64,000 nucleotides of DNA from the human T2T-CHM13v2.0 reference genome, Homo sapiens. Below the pieces are notes generated by a model. The model was not told the origin of the DNA. It did not search any database and saw nothing but the letters and a program-made list of their open reading frames with translations. The first letter of the stretch is position 1. The number at the start of each line of letters is the position of its first letter. Positions 12,910 through 26,000 of this stretch are shown here, piece by piece. Position numbers and translations under genes: made by a program. The stretch is taken from assembly GCF_009914755.1 (NCBI RefSeq), contig NC_060942.1. The stretch is one strand, 5' to 3'.

Positions 12910-13529
12910 GCAGAAATGGACTGTGTACCTGCTTCTAAAAGTGTGTCTAAGTTTAATACTGGGATTAACACATACTAACATTGTGGAAAATCTGCATCAC
13001 AGAGAGCAGTTATATGTTGTTTGCTCTATCATTTAATAAATAAGATTCTTCAGTGCATATAAAGTGCTCTTCCTAAGCAATTTCCTCTCATAATTCAGCT
13101 GTGTGTTTGCCTTATTGCTAAACTAATTATACCAAACAGAATTGTGATTACTAATAAAACTACTGGAAGCTTGTGATTTATGATTAAATGTAAAAATATT
13201 ATTACCTCATTTCTAAAAAGTGTAATTTTTGACTATCAATGCGCTGTCAAATTTCTAATTCATATTCTTTCCATTGTAAATAAAACCGGCCATTGTATCA
13301 GACATACTAGATGACTCTATTTGAGCTTGAAATGGAGATATAGTATAGTAAATAGCTTTGGCCAGATTATTATCCTGAGTTAGTTGTCATTTACATATTA
13401 AAAAAAATTATGTCACAATTTAAAATTATAATGTATCCCTTTTTTCCTTTCATGTCTAGCTATTGGAGTAGCTATAATCGCATTCTTGCCAAAATAATTA
13501 TGAATAGGAACATTCCAATTTTTCTTAGT

Positions 13530-13626
13530 TATTTTAAAATATTTAATAAATTATTGGCGACTATAGTCACACTGTTGTCATCAAATATTCGATCTTATTC
13601 ATTCTAACTATATTTTTGCTCCCATG
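13530..13626 (-). mobile_element. L1MA 3' end fragment
   Basis: aataaattattggcgactatagtcacactgttg...gatcttattcattctaactatattttt. Confidence 0.75.
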
Positions 13627-14039
13627 TCATTTAAAAAAATACTTAGTCCTTCTATCAGCAATTGACTGTGTAAAATTGAATTAATACTATTATGCTAAAT
13701 GTTAAATATCATCAAATAAAGCTGCCATCAATAAGAGACATAATTTTGTGTGCAAAGCAAGAGCAAAATAATGCCACCAATTAAAACATGATGTATTAGT
13801 CAGAGTCCTCTGAAGAGACAAAAACAACAGCAATTATTTGAACAACTAATTATAAAATAATTTATTCAAATTATTTGATAATCTATATCATAAAGTTATT
13901 ACACAAATATACAAATATAACTTTAAATTATTATTGAAGATATTTATCATTTCAAAAATGGCTGCAAAACAATGGGAAGAAATTAGAATTATTAAAATTT
14001 AGAAATCTCAAAAAAGGGGCTCACAAAGGGCTGAGACTT

Positions 14040-15340
14040 AACACCTCTGAGGATAAGGCATATTTTGTTTCGTGCAAAATAAGGTTTTTCATCAGAAGAA
14101 ATGTTCTAAGTAATACCATGACTGTAAATAAGACATTCCATACAAAAGTGGATGACAGGTGCTGGCAGAAAGTGTTATGGGAAGGGGAAGCAACCCCATA
14201 TCCGTAACATCTGTCTATTTCAGTGAAGACAAATCTCTGCCTCCCCCATGGTGAATGTGGCCTAGTGTGATCATTAGCTACCTGTGTTTGCTGGCTCACC
14301 CCTGATCCCCTACCCCGCCATATGATGTTTTGTTGAGAGCACACTGTTGATCTCACCTGGTGGCAAATTAGTCACTCAGCAGTACCAGCAAGACCCAGAT
14401 AGTACTTGGGGACGGAAAGTGTTTGCTGTTGATGCCATGAATAGTCTTCATTCCCACAATCATGACCAGTTTGTATATAGCCTCTTTGAGCAAATAATGA
14501 GGTGGCTGATAAAAGAGGTTCATGTATCTACAGAATATGCATCTTTTCCTTTGACTGAGTCTCCTCTGTGATGGACGCCCTTTGGTGACATTCATATTGG
14601 ATACAAACCGCATCATGCCCTCTGCTGGGAGGGCTATCCACTTAACTCTGTCTCTGATCTCTCAATCACCAATCAAGCAATGCTAATTATTTTCAGATTC
14701 CAGAACACTGAGCGTCACCATTAACAGTCTCACGAGAATCAATGTCGATCATTACTTCTGGCCATTTCTGTGTTTAGAAAAAACTGGACAACCAAATACG
14801 CTACCTAAATTACCTTCATCCTGGAGAATTTACCTTCACTGAATTGCAGTATAGAGATCCAGTCATTCTTTTCCTTTTTCTTTTTTTTGATTAATGAAAT
14901 ATATTTTGCTCAATCATCTCTGAACCAGACCCAAGCACTTTTTTTGTTTTGTTTTCTTCCTAGATCAACTGCCTGTGAGGAATACCCCCATGAGGCTAAG
15001 GATGTGGATTTAACGAGAGAAGACAGTGCATCAAGAGTCTAAAGGTAGGAGTCTGGTCACCTGGCCATGTAACTGACTCATTCCTCCAGGCATTCTTAAG
15101 CCAATTACATACTATTTCAGTTAATAATAATACCCTTTATGTGTTTACCAAATATAATACATGGGCCAAATAAACACAGTTCATGATGGTAAGCTGAGCC
15201 ACTGGTGCCTATCAATGTATATCTAAAGAAGGTATTGATCTTTGAAAGAGAGGCAATAGATTTGCTCCAAAACCCTAGTGAAATTTAAAGGGTTCCTCTG
15301 TGACACTCTGTCCGTAAATCCTAATATGACCGCAGCAGCA
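14040..15340 (-). mobile_element. ERVL-class internal (pol RNaseH/integrase region) remnant, possibly with an MLT2 LTR terminus at about 13792-13830
   Basis: aataccatgactgtaaataagacattc, gtgaagacaaatctctgcc, ggtggcaaattagtcactcagcagt and ggagaatttaccttcactg resemble antisense ERVL pol. Confidence 0.7.
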
Positions 15341-15539
15341 AAGCAACAATGTGGTTTAAAAAATCTGAAGTCGAGCGTCGTAAACCTGAGTACAGAAGGG
15401 TAGATTTGGAGCCAGGAGACAACTTAATAACTGGCACACAAATCATGTCATCCATTGTAAACTTGCCCTGATTTCAGATATGTTGAAATGTGATGCAAAT
15501 AAAGGTTTTTATGTGTTTGTTTCTTTATTCATTTACTTA

Positions 15540-16215
15540 TTTTAACACTTTTGAGGGGTATAATTGACATACAACTAATTGCATGTAATTAAAGGGTATA
15601 ATTTGAAAATGTTTTGACATGTTTATACACCTGCAATACCATTACAAAATCAAAACAATGAACATATCTATCACCATCAAAAATATTCTATTTCTCCCTG
15701 GAACTCCAATCCCCAATCTGCTTCCTGTCTGAGAGAGTACATTATTTTACATTTCCTAGAATTTCATTAAAAGTGCTTGATGGCATATGGAATCTATTTG
15801 CCTGGTTTCTTTCTGAAACCCTAATTATGTTCACTCATTTTGTAACCTGTATAAATACATCATTCTTTTTTTCATTGAATGTTATTCAACGTGTGGATGT
15901 ATAGTGTATGCTCATATATTGGTGGAGTTTGGTTTGCATCCACGTTTGACTAGTGCATGAGCTGCTTTTATCTTTTTGGGAAAATAACCAGAAATGTAAT
16001 TCTTCAATGTTATAATTTATTTTCATTCAGGCAAAATGTTCTGATAACATTGCTTTAAGTTTTCTCTTTGATCTGTGGGTTATTTAAAAGTATATCATTT
16101 AATCTCCACATATTTGGGACTTTTTAAGTTATCTTACTGCTATGGATTTTTAGGTAAATTCCATTATGCCTTGAAAACTTAACTTGCATTATTTCTGTTA
16201 TTTTAAATTTACATT
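15540..16215 (-). mobile_element. L1MB/MC fragments (3' end and internal)
   Basis: gtataattgacatacaa...ttttgacatgtttatacacctg...atgaacatatctatcacc. Confidence 0.75.
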
Positions 16216-16220
16216 TCTTA

Positions 16221-16570
16221 TGATAAAAAATCGTCTTCATTCAAAACAAAGTTTGGGCAGGTTTTGTGGCAGTCCTCTTCAGCAGACTGGGGGTTTTCAT
16301 ACTCAAGGTCCCTCTCCTTAACACAACCTGCTATGTGAGCACTTATTAAATAATATTTGACACAATGCTCTGTGGGAATCAGGGCTTGAAGGATGTGCCT
16401 GTTCTCATGGCTACTGCTCTTGCTGTGTGTCATAAACTACATGAGTTATAAAGTGTCCTTTGTCTCTCACCAATGAGCCTCATGTCTTCTATCAGCATCC
16501 CTAAAACTGGCTGGCTAACTTATTAGTTTACAAATATGGTAAAATATCAAATGCTTCAAAATTCTTGACT
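16221..16570 (+). mobile_element. ERVL LTR of the MER70/MER76 group
   Basis: 3' part ctttgtctctc...catgtcttctatcagcatcc...ggctaacttattagtttacaa...attcttgac; the same terminus occurs inverted at 31292. Confidence 0.65.
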
Positions 16571-16768
16571 TTTAAAAATTCTATTATGTCTACATTTTTG
16601 AATCATTCATACTTAAGCCTTTTTACTGGTTAGCCTAGGATTCACAATATCATTTGAATTAAACTTGTGTTATCTTCAAGTATTATTATTTCATTTGACA
16701 TATAGGAAACTTTGAAGAGTTTGTTCCTGAGATCTAAATTGGATGGTTTATTCTTTTGTTTTCACATA

Positions 16769-17461
16769 CAATAATCCCCCCTTATCCTTGTCAGATGCTT
16801 TCCAAGATCCCCAGTGGATGCCTGAAACCTTGGATGGTGCCAAGCCCTATATACACTGATTTTTAAATATTATTAGTAGGTAGATAGTGTATACAGCTAG
16901 ATCAAGGGATAATTCAAGTACTGGGCTGGGTGGATTGGGATGGCATGAAATTTTATAACAGTACTCAGAGCAATGTGTTTGTATTTGTTCTCATGGTGCT
17001 ACAAAGAAATACTGGAGACTGGGTAATTCATAAAGGAATTGGCTCATAGTTCCTCATGGCTGGGGAGACCTCAGGAAACTTACAATCATGGCAGAAGGGG
17101 AAGGAAACACATCCTTCTTCACATGGTGGAAGGAAGGAGAAGTGCAGAGCAAATCAGGGAAAAATCCCTTATAAAACCATCAGATCTCATGAGAACTCAC
17201 TCACTATCATGAGAACAGCATGGGGGAACTGCCTCCATGATCTAATCGCTTCCCACAAAGTTCTTCCCCAACAAGTGGGGATTATAATTTGGATTACAAT
17301 TCAAAATGAGATTTTGAGTCAGGACATATCCAAAACATATAAGTGTTATTTAAGACTTATTGTTTATTTCTGAAACTTTCCATTTAATAGTTTTGAATCA
17401 TAGTTGACTGCAGGTAACTGAAACTGTGGGAAGTAAAACCATGGATCAGGAAGTACTATTG
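16769..17461 (-). mobile_element. MER44A-like (TcMar-Tigger) element split by a THE1 LTR
   Basis: Ends caataatccccccttatcc / ggatcaggaagtactattg flanked by TA on both sides; ccccagtggatgcctgaaacc; gttgactgcaggtaactgaaac. Confidence 0.85.
16975..17342 (-). mobile_element. THE1 (C/D-like) solo LTR
   Basis: ctcaggaaacttacaatcatggcagaagg; ataaaaccatcagatctcatgagaactcactcactatcatgagaacagca. Confidence 0.92.
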
Positions 17462-17469
17462 TATTTTAT

Positions 17470-18212
17470 TTTTACGTATGTTATAAACTCAAAATACATG
17501 GTCACTACCATTCTTTAGTCACCTAACTTACAGCTAGTAACAAAAATAAAGGAAACATATTTTATTTCATCTTCATTTTCTCACTTTTCCCCAATCTTTA
17601 TTTCTTGGTGTAGATTCAAATTTGATTGTTATGATATTTCTTCCATGTGGAAAAAAATCATTTAACATAGATTTTAGGAAACGTCAGCTAGCAATGAGTT
17701 GCCTTATATTTGAGAAAATCAATTTCTCATTCATTTTTTAGGAATGTAATCATTTGAAATAGATTTTGGTTTGACAAATTTTTCTTTTTACATTTTAAAT
17801 TGGTCTTATTCTTCTTGTATGTGTATCTTCTTGCTTATATGTTTTTGATGAGAAGTCTTTAATACTTACCCTCATCTAGATGTAGATAATATGTCTCTTT
17901 TCTGTGGTTGTTTTCTTTGTCTTTGGTGTTGATTTTCTCTTTGTTTTTAGTTTTGAACAGATTGAATTGCACATGGCTGGATGTGTATGTGTTTGTGTGT
18001 GTGTTTGTGTGTGTGTTTAAGAAATATGGAGTACTTTCAGAATTTTTGTAGTATATCAGATTTTCAGATTTGTGAGTTTGTTATCTGTTATTATTTTGGA
18101 TATTTCTGCTCTGTCATTTTTCTTTGTACTTCTTCTGGCCTATTTTATCTTTTTCCTTCTGAGATTCCAGTATTGTGTACCAATCTGTTATTGTCCCAAA
18201 GGTCTTAGAAAC

Positions 18213-18261
<49 letters not shown>

Positions 18262-18850
18262 TCTTTATAATTCAGTTTGGGTAATTTCTCTTGACTGATC
18301 TTCCAGTTAACAGATTCTTTCCTCAACTGTATCTAGTCTCCTGATGACTTAATTGAAGATTTTCTTCATCTTTGTTTTTGTATGTGCTTTCATTTACATT
18401 TGATTCTTTCTTTTAGTTTACATATCTTTGCAGAAATTATCATACATAATGTCTCTGCTTTCCACTAAAACTTTTAACACATAAGTGATAATTATTTAAA
18501 TTTCCTATTGGATATTATCAACATCTGTGTCTTATCTGCATGGTTCTGAGAACTGCTTTGTCTCTTTATAGTTTTTATTTTTTATTTTATTTTCATATAC
18601 TTGTAATCTTTTGTTGAAAGGCAGATATCTTATGAAAGAGTAGACATAAAACTTATTTTAATACTACTAGATGTACATGTCCTTGTTTCACCCCTGTAAA
18701 GCAGGAGTTTCCTTTGATCTAGATGATACTTGGACTGTGTGGGAGGTTTGTTGTGGTTTTGGCTAACATCAGTGTACCATAGGCTTCACGTTCCTCTGAT
18801 GAGAATTTACATATAGGGCTATGTCTCCCTGACTTTAGAAACTATTATCA
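17470..18850 (-). mobile_element. Old L1M(C) antisense fragments, with (TG)n at about 17981-18016 and (TA)n at about 18214-18259
   Basis: ttttgatgagaagtc; ttgactgatcttccagttaacagattctttcctcaactgtatctagtc. Confidence 0.65.
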
Positions 18851-21119
18851 GTCCACAGAGGCTTGGATATCACTTGTCATCCATCCTACATCTGACCCCA
18901 AAACCCCTCCTTAATCTGCTTGAGCCCTGGCATCCCATAATGAAGCATGCTCCTTTGACTGATCCCAGTGATCCGTTTCATGTTATGATGTCTTATGCCA
19001 CACTCTTGCATGTGTGCTCTGTACCCTGTAGGGTTCAGGGTCTGATGCTTAACACTAGGCAGCTCACCTGTGCATATTGTCTTCTCATTCTCATTGGTTC
19101 CCCACACCACAAGCCAAATTATGTCTTCTAAACAGATGCCCTCCTCACCTTGCTTTAGGTGAGTAATAGCTCTCTCTCTCTTTTTCTGAGGTTAAAGAGA
19201 GATCCTAAGGCTACCATCCAGACCTCTGAGTAATGAGAACTATCCAGGTTTGCTGGTATCTCTGAGGAGATGTGGTGAGACCAGTTCTGGGAATGTCTGA
19301 AAATCAGCAAAATGGAAACCTGTTTCAACATCTGCTTTTTTAATGCACTCTCATTTTCAGGGAGTGGTATAAATCTTAAAAGATAATAATAATAATAAAA
19401 ATTAAGAAATTTTCTGGTTGATTATTCAGTAGACTAGACACAGCTGATGAAAAAGTAAGCACGGGGTCACATTAACAGTAGAGGAAGCAAACAAATATGA
19501 AATTAAAGCAAACAATTGCTAAGAACTACAAATCGTTCCTTGGTTATCTATAATGGGGGTTAAACTGAACTTTCCTGCTATGTTGTTTTACATTACTGCA
19601 ATTAAACTTTGCTAGAGAAAAAAAAACTTATGTGTTGACTAGCTTCACTTTAAACTTATTGTCATAAAACTAAAATATTCCTGAAGATAGCATGGATTTC
19701 TTGAGGACCAATTTAAATCTAAGGAAACCTAGCAAAAATTAAATAGATCAAATTAGTGTTTGTAACCAGAAAAAGCTGTGGCTGAGAAAACTGATAAATA
19801 ATTTCAGGGGCAGCAATTTTTACTCTCACGTGTAGCTTTAGGAGATGACATAAGTAAACTCGGAAACAGGCAACTTCCTAAGGACTGGGGAAAATGGTTA
19901 GGATCCTGAACTGTCTAAGAATATATTCAGTGATAGGTGAGATTTAGTCAGAAAATAGAAACAAGGGTAGGGCCTATAATGAGGTGGGAACTAAATCCAT
20001 ATATGACCCAATAATTAAATTAGCCTTCAGAGCTTGTTATACGGTATTAACCCTTGACTCCTTTTTAACTAGAAAATAAATCCCTCATATAATGATATTG
20101 ATGTTCAGTGCTCTAATTATAGAAATAGTGTTTGGAAGTTGGAAGCAAGATTATGTTTGGATTACAGCCTTTAGGTAAAAGGCTAATTACCTTTACTTAA
20201 TTAATTAATTCCATCAGTCATGCAATCAATAAATCAGTTATCTACTTACTATATATTTATTGAATCTCCCTTACTTGTCTGGTGCTGGGCTTTCCTTTTG
20301 ATTATTAGGGTAGGGAAAGATTTCTACCTCTAATCCTAAGGGGAAATGAAGCCTATAAACATAAATTTTCTATTTTAAACTTTGTAACAATACAGCCATG
20401 TACTTTGCTGAAAGCTAATTTTGCATAACAGTGACACAAAAGTGGATTTTAGTACACATGCCATTTATCAACCTATAAACAATGCCTTTAACATAAAACA
20501 AAAGCCCTTTATTTGGATGCACACATTGCCAAAAATCTTATAGACTATTATAAGATTTATGATAGCTTTCACATCATTCTTTTTTCTGGCATCCACTTGA
20601 GTGCATTAACTTTGAAAAGAAACTATTTGGCTTGAATTGTGAATATGACTTCAAACAATAAAAGCAGAGGAATCTATAGAGCAGCTGCTTTCTTGTATAT
20701 CAATACACAAGTGTATATAGTTTTATATATAGAACCATATCCCTGTGCTTTTAGGTAGCTGCAAGTTCACTTTACATTCATCTGAAACACAAGAAGGGCT
20801 GTGTGGCAAATTTAGGTGTTAGAAAATTGTTAAGAATTTGTTGACACAGTGACAAAAAAACACAATGAACTCACTATTATGTGTTTATTACACTGATAAA
20901 TGTGAATTCTATATCTGATAAAATGATTTTTCAGAACTCAAATTTAATTACAAAGCAAAAGCTGGGAAGCTTGGTATATGATTTTCAAGGAGACAATACA
21001 GATATTCTAAAAATAATTAAAACATTATTGTGGTTTCATCAGAAAGAAATATTTGTGAAACAGAGCTAGACTCTCTGAAATATAGTTCAGGTTTTGTGAT
21101 AACATTTCATCAGACATGT

Positions 21120-21902
21120 TGATATGGACAGGAGGCAGGTAAATACTGGGTAGAAGAGGGCAGTCCCTGGTGAGGGCCATACCTTCAAGCCTGGGCCCAT
21201 GGCCTGAAGTGAGAACTTCCATTTCTGTTTTCCTGCATGAATGTTGCCTTTCCAAAACCATAGTGGCCCACCCCACTCCCCATCCTATACCCATAAAAAC
21301 CCCAGGCCCCAGTGGCAGAGCAGCAAAAAAGCAGAGAAGAAAAGAAGCAACTGGATGCCAGAGAGAAGAAGCTTGACTTCAGAGGTACGGTATGACCTTG
21401 GAGAAGAGATTGGCCAGGGAAGGCAGAACTCCAGGGGAAGAACACCTTCCCACTCCATCCCCTTTCCAGCTCCCCATCTCGCTGGGAGCCACTTCCACCA
21501 CTCAATAAAATCTTCCACATTCAGCACCCTTCAATTCATTCACATGACCCGATTCTTCCTGGATGCCAAACAAGAACTTGGGTATCAAGAGGATGGGTAC
21601 AAAAGGCTGTCACCCTGACCTTCCACTGAGCTGTTAAACTGCCTATGCATGACAAAGCTAAAAGAGCATACTGTAACACATGCCCTCTGGGGCCCCAGGG
21701 GTCACAGGCAACCTTTCAAGGCAGTCCCAGGCCTGCACAGAGTTATGCTCCTACCAGATTCCCAGAATCACTTGTCCCAGTTTCTGCACCCACTCACCTT
21801 CATGATCCTCCTTCTGTAAGGGGTTGAGAGCTATTGGCTGAGTAAACAAGTTAACCCCTTTGTGAGTCCTGTGAAGGGGTCAAGGGAACATATCCTGTTT
21901 CA
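21120..21902 (+). mobile_element. LTR1-family (ERV1, HUERS-P2 group) solo LTR, 783 bp
   Basis: TG...CA ends; tgatatggacaggaggcaggtaaatactgggtagaagagggc start; AATAAA at 21504-21509; 4-bp flanks atgt/ttgt. Confidence 0.9.
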
Positions 21903-22169
21903 TTGTCATTTAAACTCTTTGGTCCAAATGTGAGTATCGAACACTGGAAAATCATCTGACTTCATTTGACTATTCCATAGTGTTTTTCTGTCATTCATTC
22001 AATTAATATATGAGAAGGAGAAAAGAAAAATAGGCTTTTTTGTTCACTACTTGCAATAAATAGTTCTGTTAGAACCTGGTGTTGAATTCCAAAATAATGA
22101 TGAGATTTACAAAAAAATTATCTGGCCTGATTATCTTTCAATATCACAGTGACTGATTATGACACTAAA

Positions 22170-22350
22170 ATATCAGCATTAACCTTCACAGCATCATGTG
22201 GGTAGGCACTGTCTTCTCATTTTACAGATGTGAAAACCAAATCTAGGATTAAATATGTTAATCGGAGTTACAATTTAAAGCTTGTAAATTCTGATATTGA
22301 GAATAAAATGCTGATCTGCCTGATATCCATAACCATGGGGTTAAACACCA
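22170..22350 (-). mobile_element. MIR fragment
   Basis: Core cattttacagatgtgaaaac. Confidence 0.65.
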
Positions 22351-23774
22351 TGAAATATAGTAACTCCTAAATTAGAATATGAAGATAATGGCACTTGAGT
22401 GGATTAGAAGAAAAGCAAGTTTTTCATCTTGTACAAACAGAGCCTTAAATTTTATTGACAGTGTGTTAAATGGAGAGCATTAACTAGAAAATTTGGATGA
22501 TTACTTAAAAAATTGCATAGTCCCTGTTTTGACAGTAAAAATATGTAGTTAATATTTTTGTAAAATGAAGTTGCTTAATTAAGATTAATTTAACAAAATA
22601 TGTTCCATATTAATTTTTGTTAAGAGTCACCTTTGCACCTGATATAAAACAGCATTATCTTGCCTTCTAACAAATTACAAATTCCATGAGGTAGTTACCA
22701 TATTTGTCTCCTTATGTCCAGAGTCTTGTACAGTTTCTGCTACATTGTAGTTGCTTACTAAATGTTAAAATTAACTAAAATAAACTATGCTTAAACAATG
22801 TTCCAACCTTTAAGATGAAGTTAATCATACTTTGTTTTACTTGTTTATAAGCTTAAGAACATATTATTTTCGAAGATATAATTCACTGAGATATAAACAT
22901 GCATTATATATATTTTTTTCTAGATGATAACTTACTCAATGACACTAAATTAATGTTTGCTGAGAAATTTCCATCTTATTTTGAGTTTTTCTATCAAACA
23001 TATTTTACTGTATTACATCTAGTAACTTAGTAAATAAGCTATGATTAAAGTAGAATTTTGATAATGCTATGAAATCATATATGAATTTTGTACAAAAATT
23101 AAATTCTGTGATTTTAAGACTAAATTCTATGAAGAAGGGAAGTCTAGAAACTGACTTTTTATAACCCAAACCTTAATTATCTGATTCAATTAAATCATAT
23201 TGAAATTGTGTGTTTTAAATAACAATGGATTATTAGCGTGAGAAAAACTATTTTGGGGAAAAAGATGTTCTTAATTACCATTAAACAGGAATTAATCTGT
23301 ACTACTATAAATGTATAAATATGGTGCTACGGCCTTCTGAACTTGATGTTGTTATACTATAGGGAGAAAGCTATTTTTACATGTACTGGTGGAATTACAA
23401 AAACCTGAAGTCAATAATAAAGTCCATCTGTATGTCACATCCACTGCACGGCTGGCAGCATGGTTTTCTCCATTGTGCGAATTGCAAAAATCAAATTTAT
23501 TGAGGAGATATAGAAAGCTTAACATATTTTATGAACAATATAAAGTGTGACTCACTCCTGTAAGTCTAAAATCAATAGCTAAATGTCTAAGAATAAAAAA
23601 AGGCCCTTAATTTCAATAAATACAACACATTTTTCTACTACGCTGTTTCTACTAAAATATCCCTTCTTGAGGGATTAAATCTCATCCCTGCTGACTCCCA
23701 TTGAGTAATAATTAATGTGGTTCATTTTTGAATAAAAAGATTGTGATGTTTTTAAAATTAAAAACACTGATCAA

Positions 23775-24830
23775 TTTCTGATACCATTATTCAACCAAAG
23801 GGAAAATGCTCCGGACTTTTAGAGAAATGGCTGATGATAGGAATATGGTAGCAAATACATCTAATAAACCTGGAGCATCTTGCAATGGCAGGATGTAAGG
23901 TAAGTGCTCTAACAGAAAAAAGAAAAAAACAAATAAAGCAAGCAGAAACCATGATGGAAAGATGCAAACAGGACCCAGGGCCCAGCTGAAAAGGATCCCA
24001 ATGGCCAAAGCGAGACCAATTTAATAAACAAAACAGATAAAGTGGTTGTAGATTATAGCTCAAAGTATATCCATGAGTTTAACTGTCAGAAACAAATAAT
24101 TGAATACATAAATAAATGAAGGAGAGAAAAATCTCCTGTGCAGAAGAATTCCAAATAGTGTATGCAGATACTCCAGCCTCGAGAGGGTGAAGCACAAGTG
24201 CCAGTTCAAGCTGCACATAGTGACTTCTTTGAAAGAGCACAGCATGGAAAAGGGTGAAGAAAGAGCTAGTGAGCATGGAGAAAGTAGACAGCTCTACCTC
24301 AGCCAGGTGCGCAGGCACCACCAGCAGCAATAATTCACATCCCTAATCGGCACTGTTGATGTGAAGTGACAAAAATGGCATTTTAGCCCTGTGGTGTGTC
24401 TTTCAAAAGTCCATAAAGACAATCTCATCCTGAAAATATGACCATGCAAATTCCAATAGACGGACATTGTATAGAATATTTCACTAGTTTCCCCAAAAAC
24501 TGTTCATCAAAAAACAAGCAAAACCCGTGAAACTATACAAGCAGGAGAGGTTTAGGGAGACATGACAATGACATGTAATGTGGTATCTCCAATGAGACTC
24601 AGGAACAGAAAAAAAAAAGACACATTAGTTAAAAAATAGGAAGAAAATCTGAATAAAGCCTGGACCTTAGGTAACAATATAAATTGTGACAAAAGTAGCA
24701 CAGTACTGCAAGATGTTAATAATAAAGGAAACTGGATGTGGTGTGTCTGGAGACTCTTTGTTCTATCTTCCCATTTTTTTTAAAACAAACCTAAGGCTAT
24801 TCTTAAATAAGAAGTGTATTTAGAAAACCA
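23775..24830 (+). mobile_element. L1MC/MD 3' region
   Basis: tttagagaaatggctgat, cctggagcatcttg, gcacatagtgacttc, gcaagatgttaataataaaggaaactgg. Confidence 0.8.
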
Positions 24831-24834
24831 AAAT

Positions 24835-26000
24835 TTCCTAGTAAGGTTTTAATAGCAATATATAAGATTATTCTCAAATTTATAAAATTTGGTAAAGAAA
24901 CTAGTACAGCTAAAACAATTTTGGAGAGAAGAAAAAGAATTAAGTGGGAAGGATCAATCTACCTTATTGCAAGATATTATATAGCTAGAGTAATCAAGGG
25001 TATTTCCAGAGAGGATCAACACATAGATGAATGCAGCATAATAGAGAACTCAGGAATGGAATGAGAAAAATATGCCCAATTGATTTTTGACAAAGTTGCA
25101 AAAGCATTTCAGTGGAGAAAAGAGAGCCTTTTCAACAATTGGTACTGGAGCAATTGGACAGCCATAGACAGAATAATAAACTTCAACAAAGTCTCACACC
25201 TTATACAATAATGAACACAAGTGGGTCATAGATGTAAATATAAAACTTCAAAACCTTTAGAAAAAAATGAGAAGGTCTTGGAATCTAAGGATAAGCAAAG
25301 TACTGAGGGCAAAAAACACTTTGTTCAGTAAAGACCCTCTAAAGAGGATGAAAGTATTATACAAACTAAAAACTGGGAGAAAATACCTGAAATCACATAT
25401 ACGACAAAATGCTTATAGTCTGCTTTTGCACTGTTATAAAACGATTCCTGAGGCTGAGTAATTTATAGGGAAAGGAGGTTTAATTGGCTTAGGTTCTACA
25501 GGAAGCATGGTGCTGGCATCTGCTTCTGATGAGAGCCTGGGAAGCTCCCAATCATGGCGGAAGGCAAAGGGGAAGCAGGCCCATCACATGGGGGAGCAGG
25601 CACCTCACACAGCAAGAGAAGGAGTGAGAGAGAGAAGGGGGACATCCCAGATTGTTTTAAACAATCAGATCTCACGTGAACTAACTGAGCAGGAAATCAC
25701 TCTTCACTAAGGGGATGCTGCTTTGCCACTCATGGGGGTTCTGCCCCCAGTATACACAATCACCTCCCACAAGGCCACACCCTCTAACGTTAGGAATCAC
25801 ATTTCAATATGAGGTTTGAAGGGGACAAACATCCAAACCATATCAGTACTAGTATCTAGAAAACATAAAGAACACTCAAAACTCAACAGTAAGCAAAAAA
25901 TCAATTAGAAAGCAAGCAAAAGACATGATGAGATATTTCACCAAAGGGGATATACAGATGGCAAATAAATACATGAAAAGATGTTCAACATCAGTAGTCA
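24835..26000 (+). mobile_element. L1M ORF2 fragment split by an MST LTR
   Basis: tgatttttgacaaagttgcaaaagc, ttttcaacaattggtactgg, atatacagatggcaaataaatacatgaaaagatgttcaacatca. Confidence 0.8.
25410..25845 (-). mobile_element. MSTB-like MaLR solo LTR
   Basis: ggaagcatggtgctggcatctgcttctg...ggggacaaacatccaaaccatatca. Confidence 0.88.

Noticed and set aside
19150-19165. Strong splice-donor-like AG|GTGAGT
   Set aside because: Isolated motif; no exon can be supported without transcript data
21170-21827. Overlapping ORFs up to 125 aa
   Set aside because: All lie within the GC-rich LTR1 solo LTR
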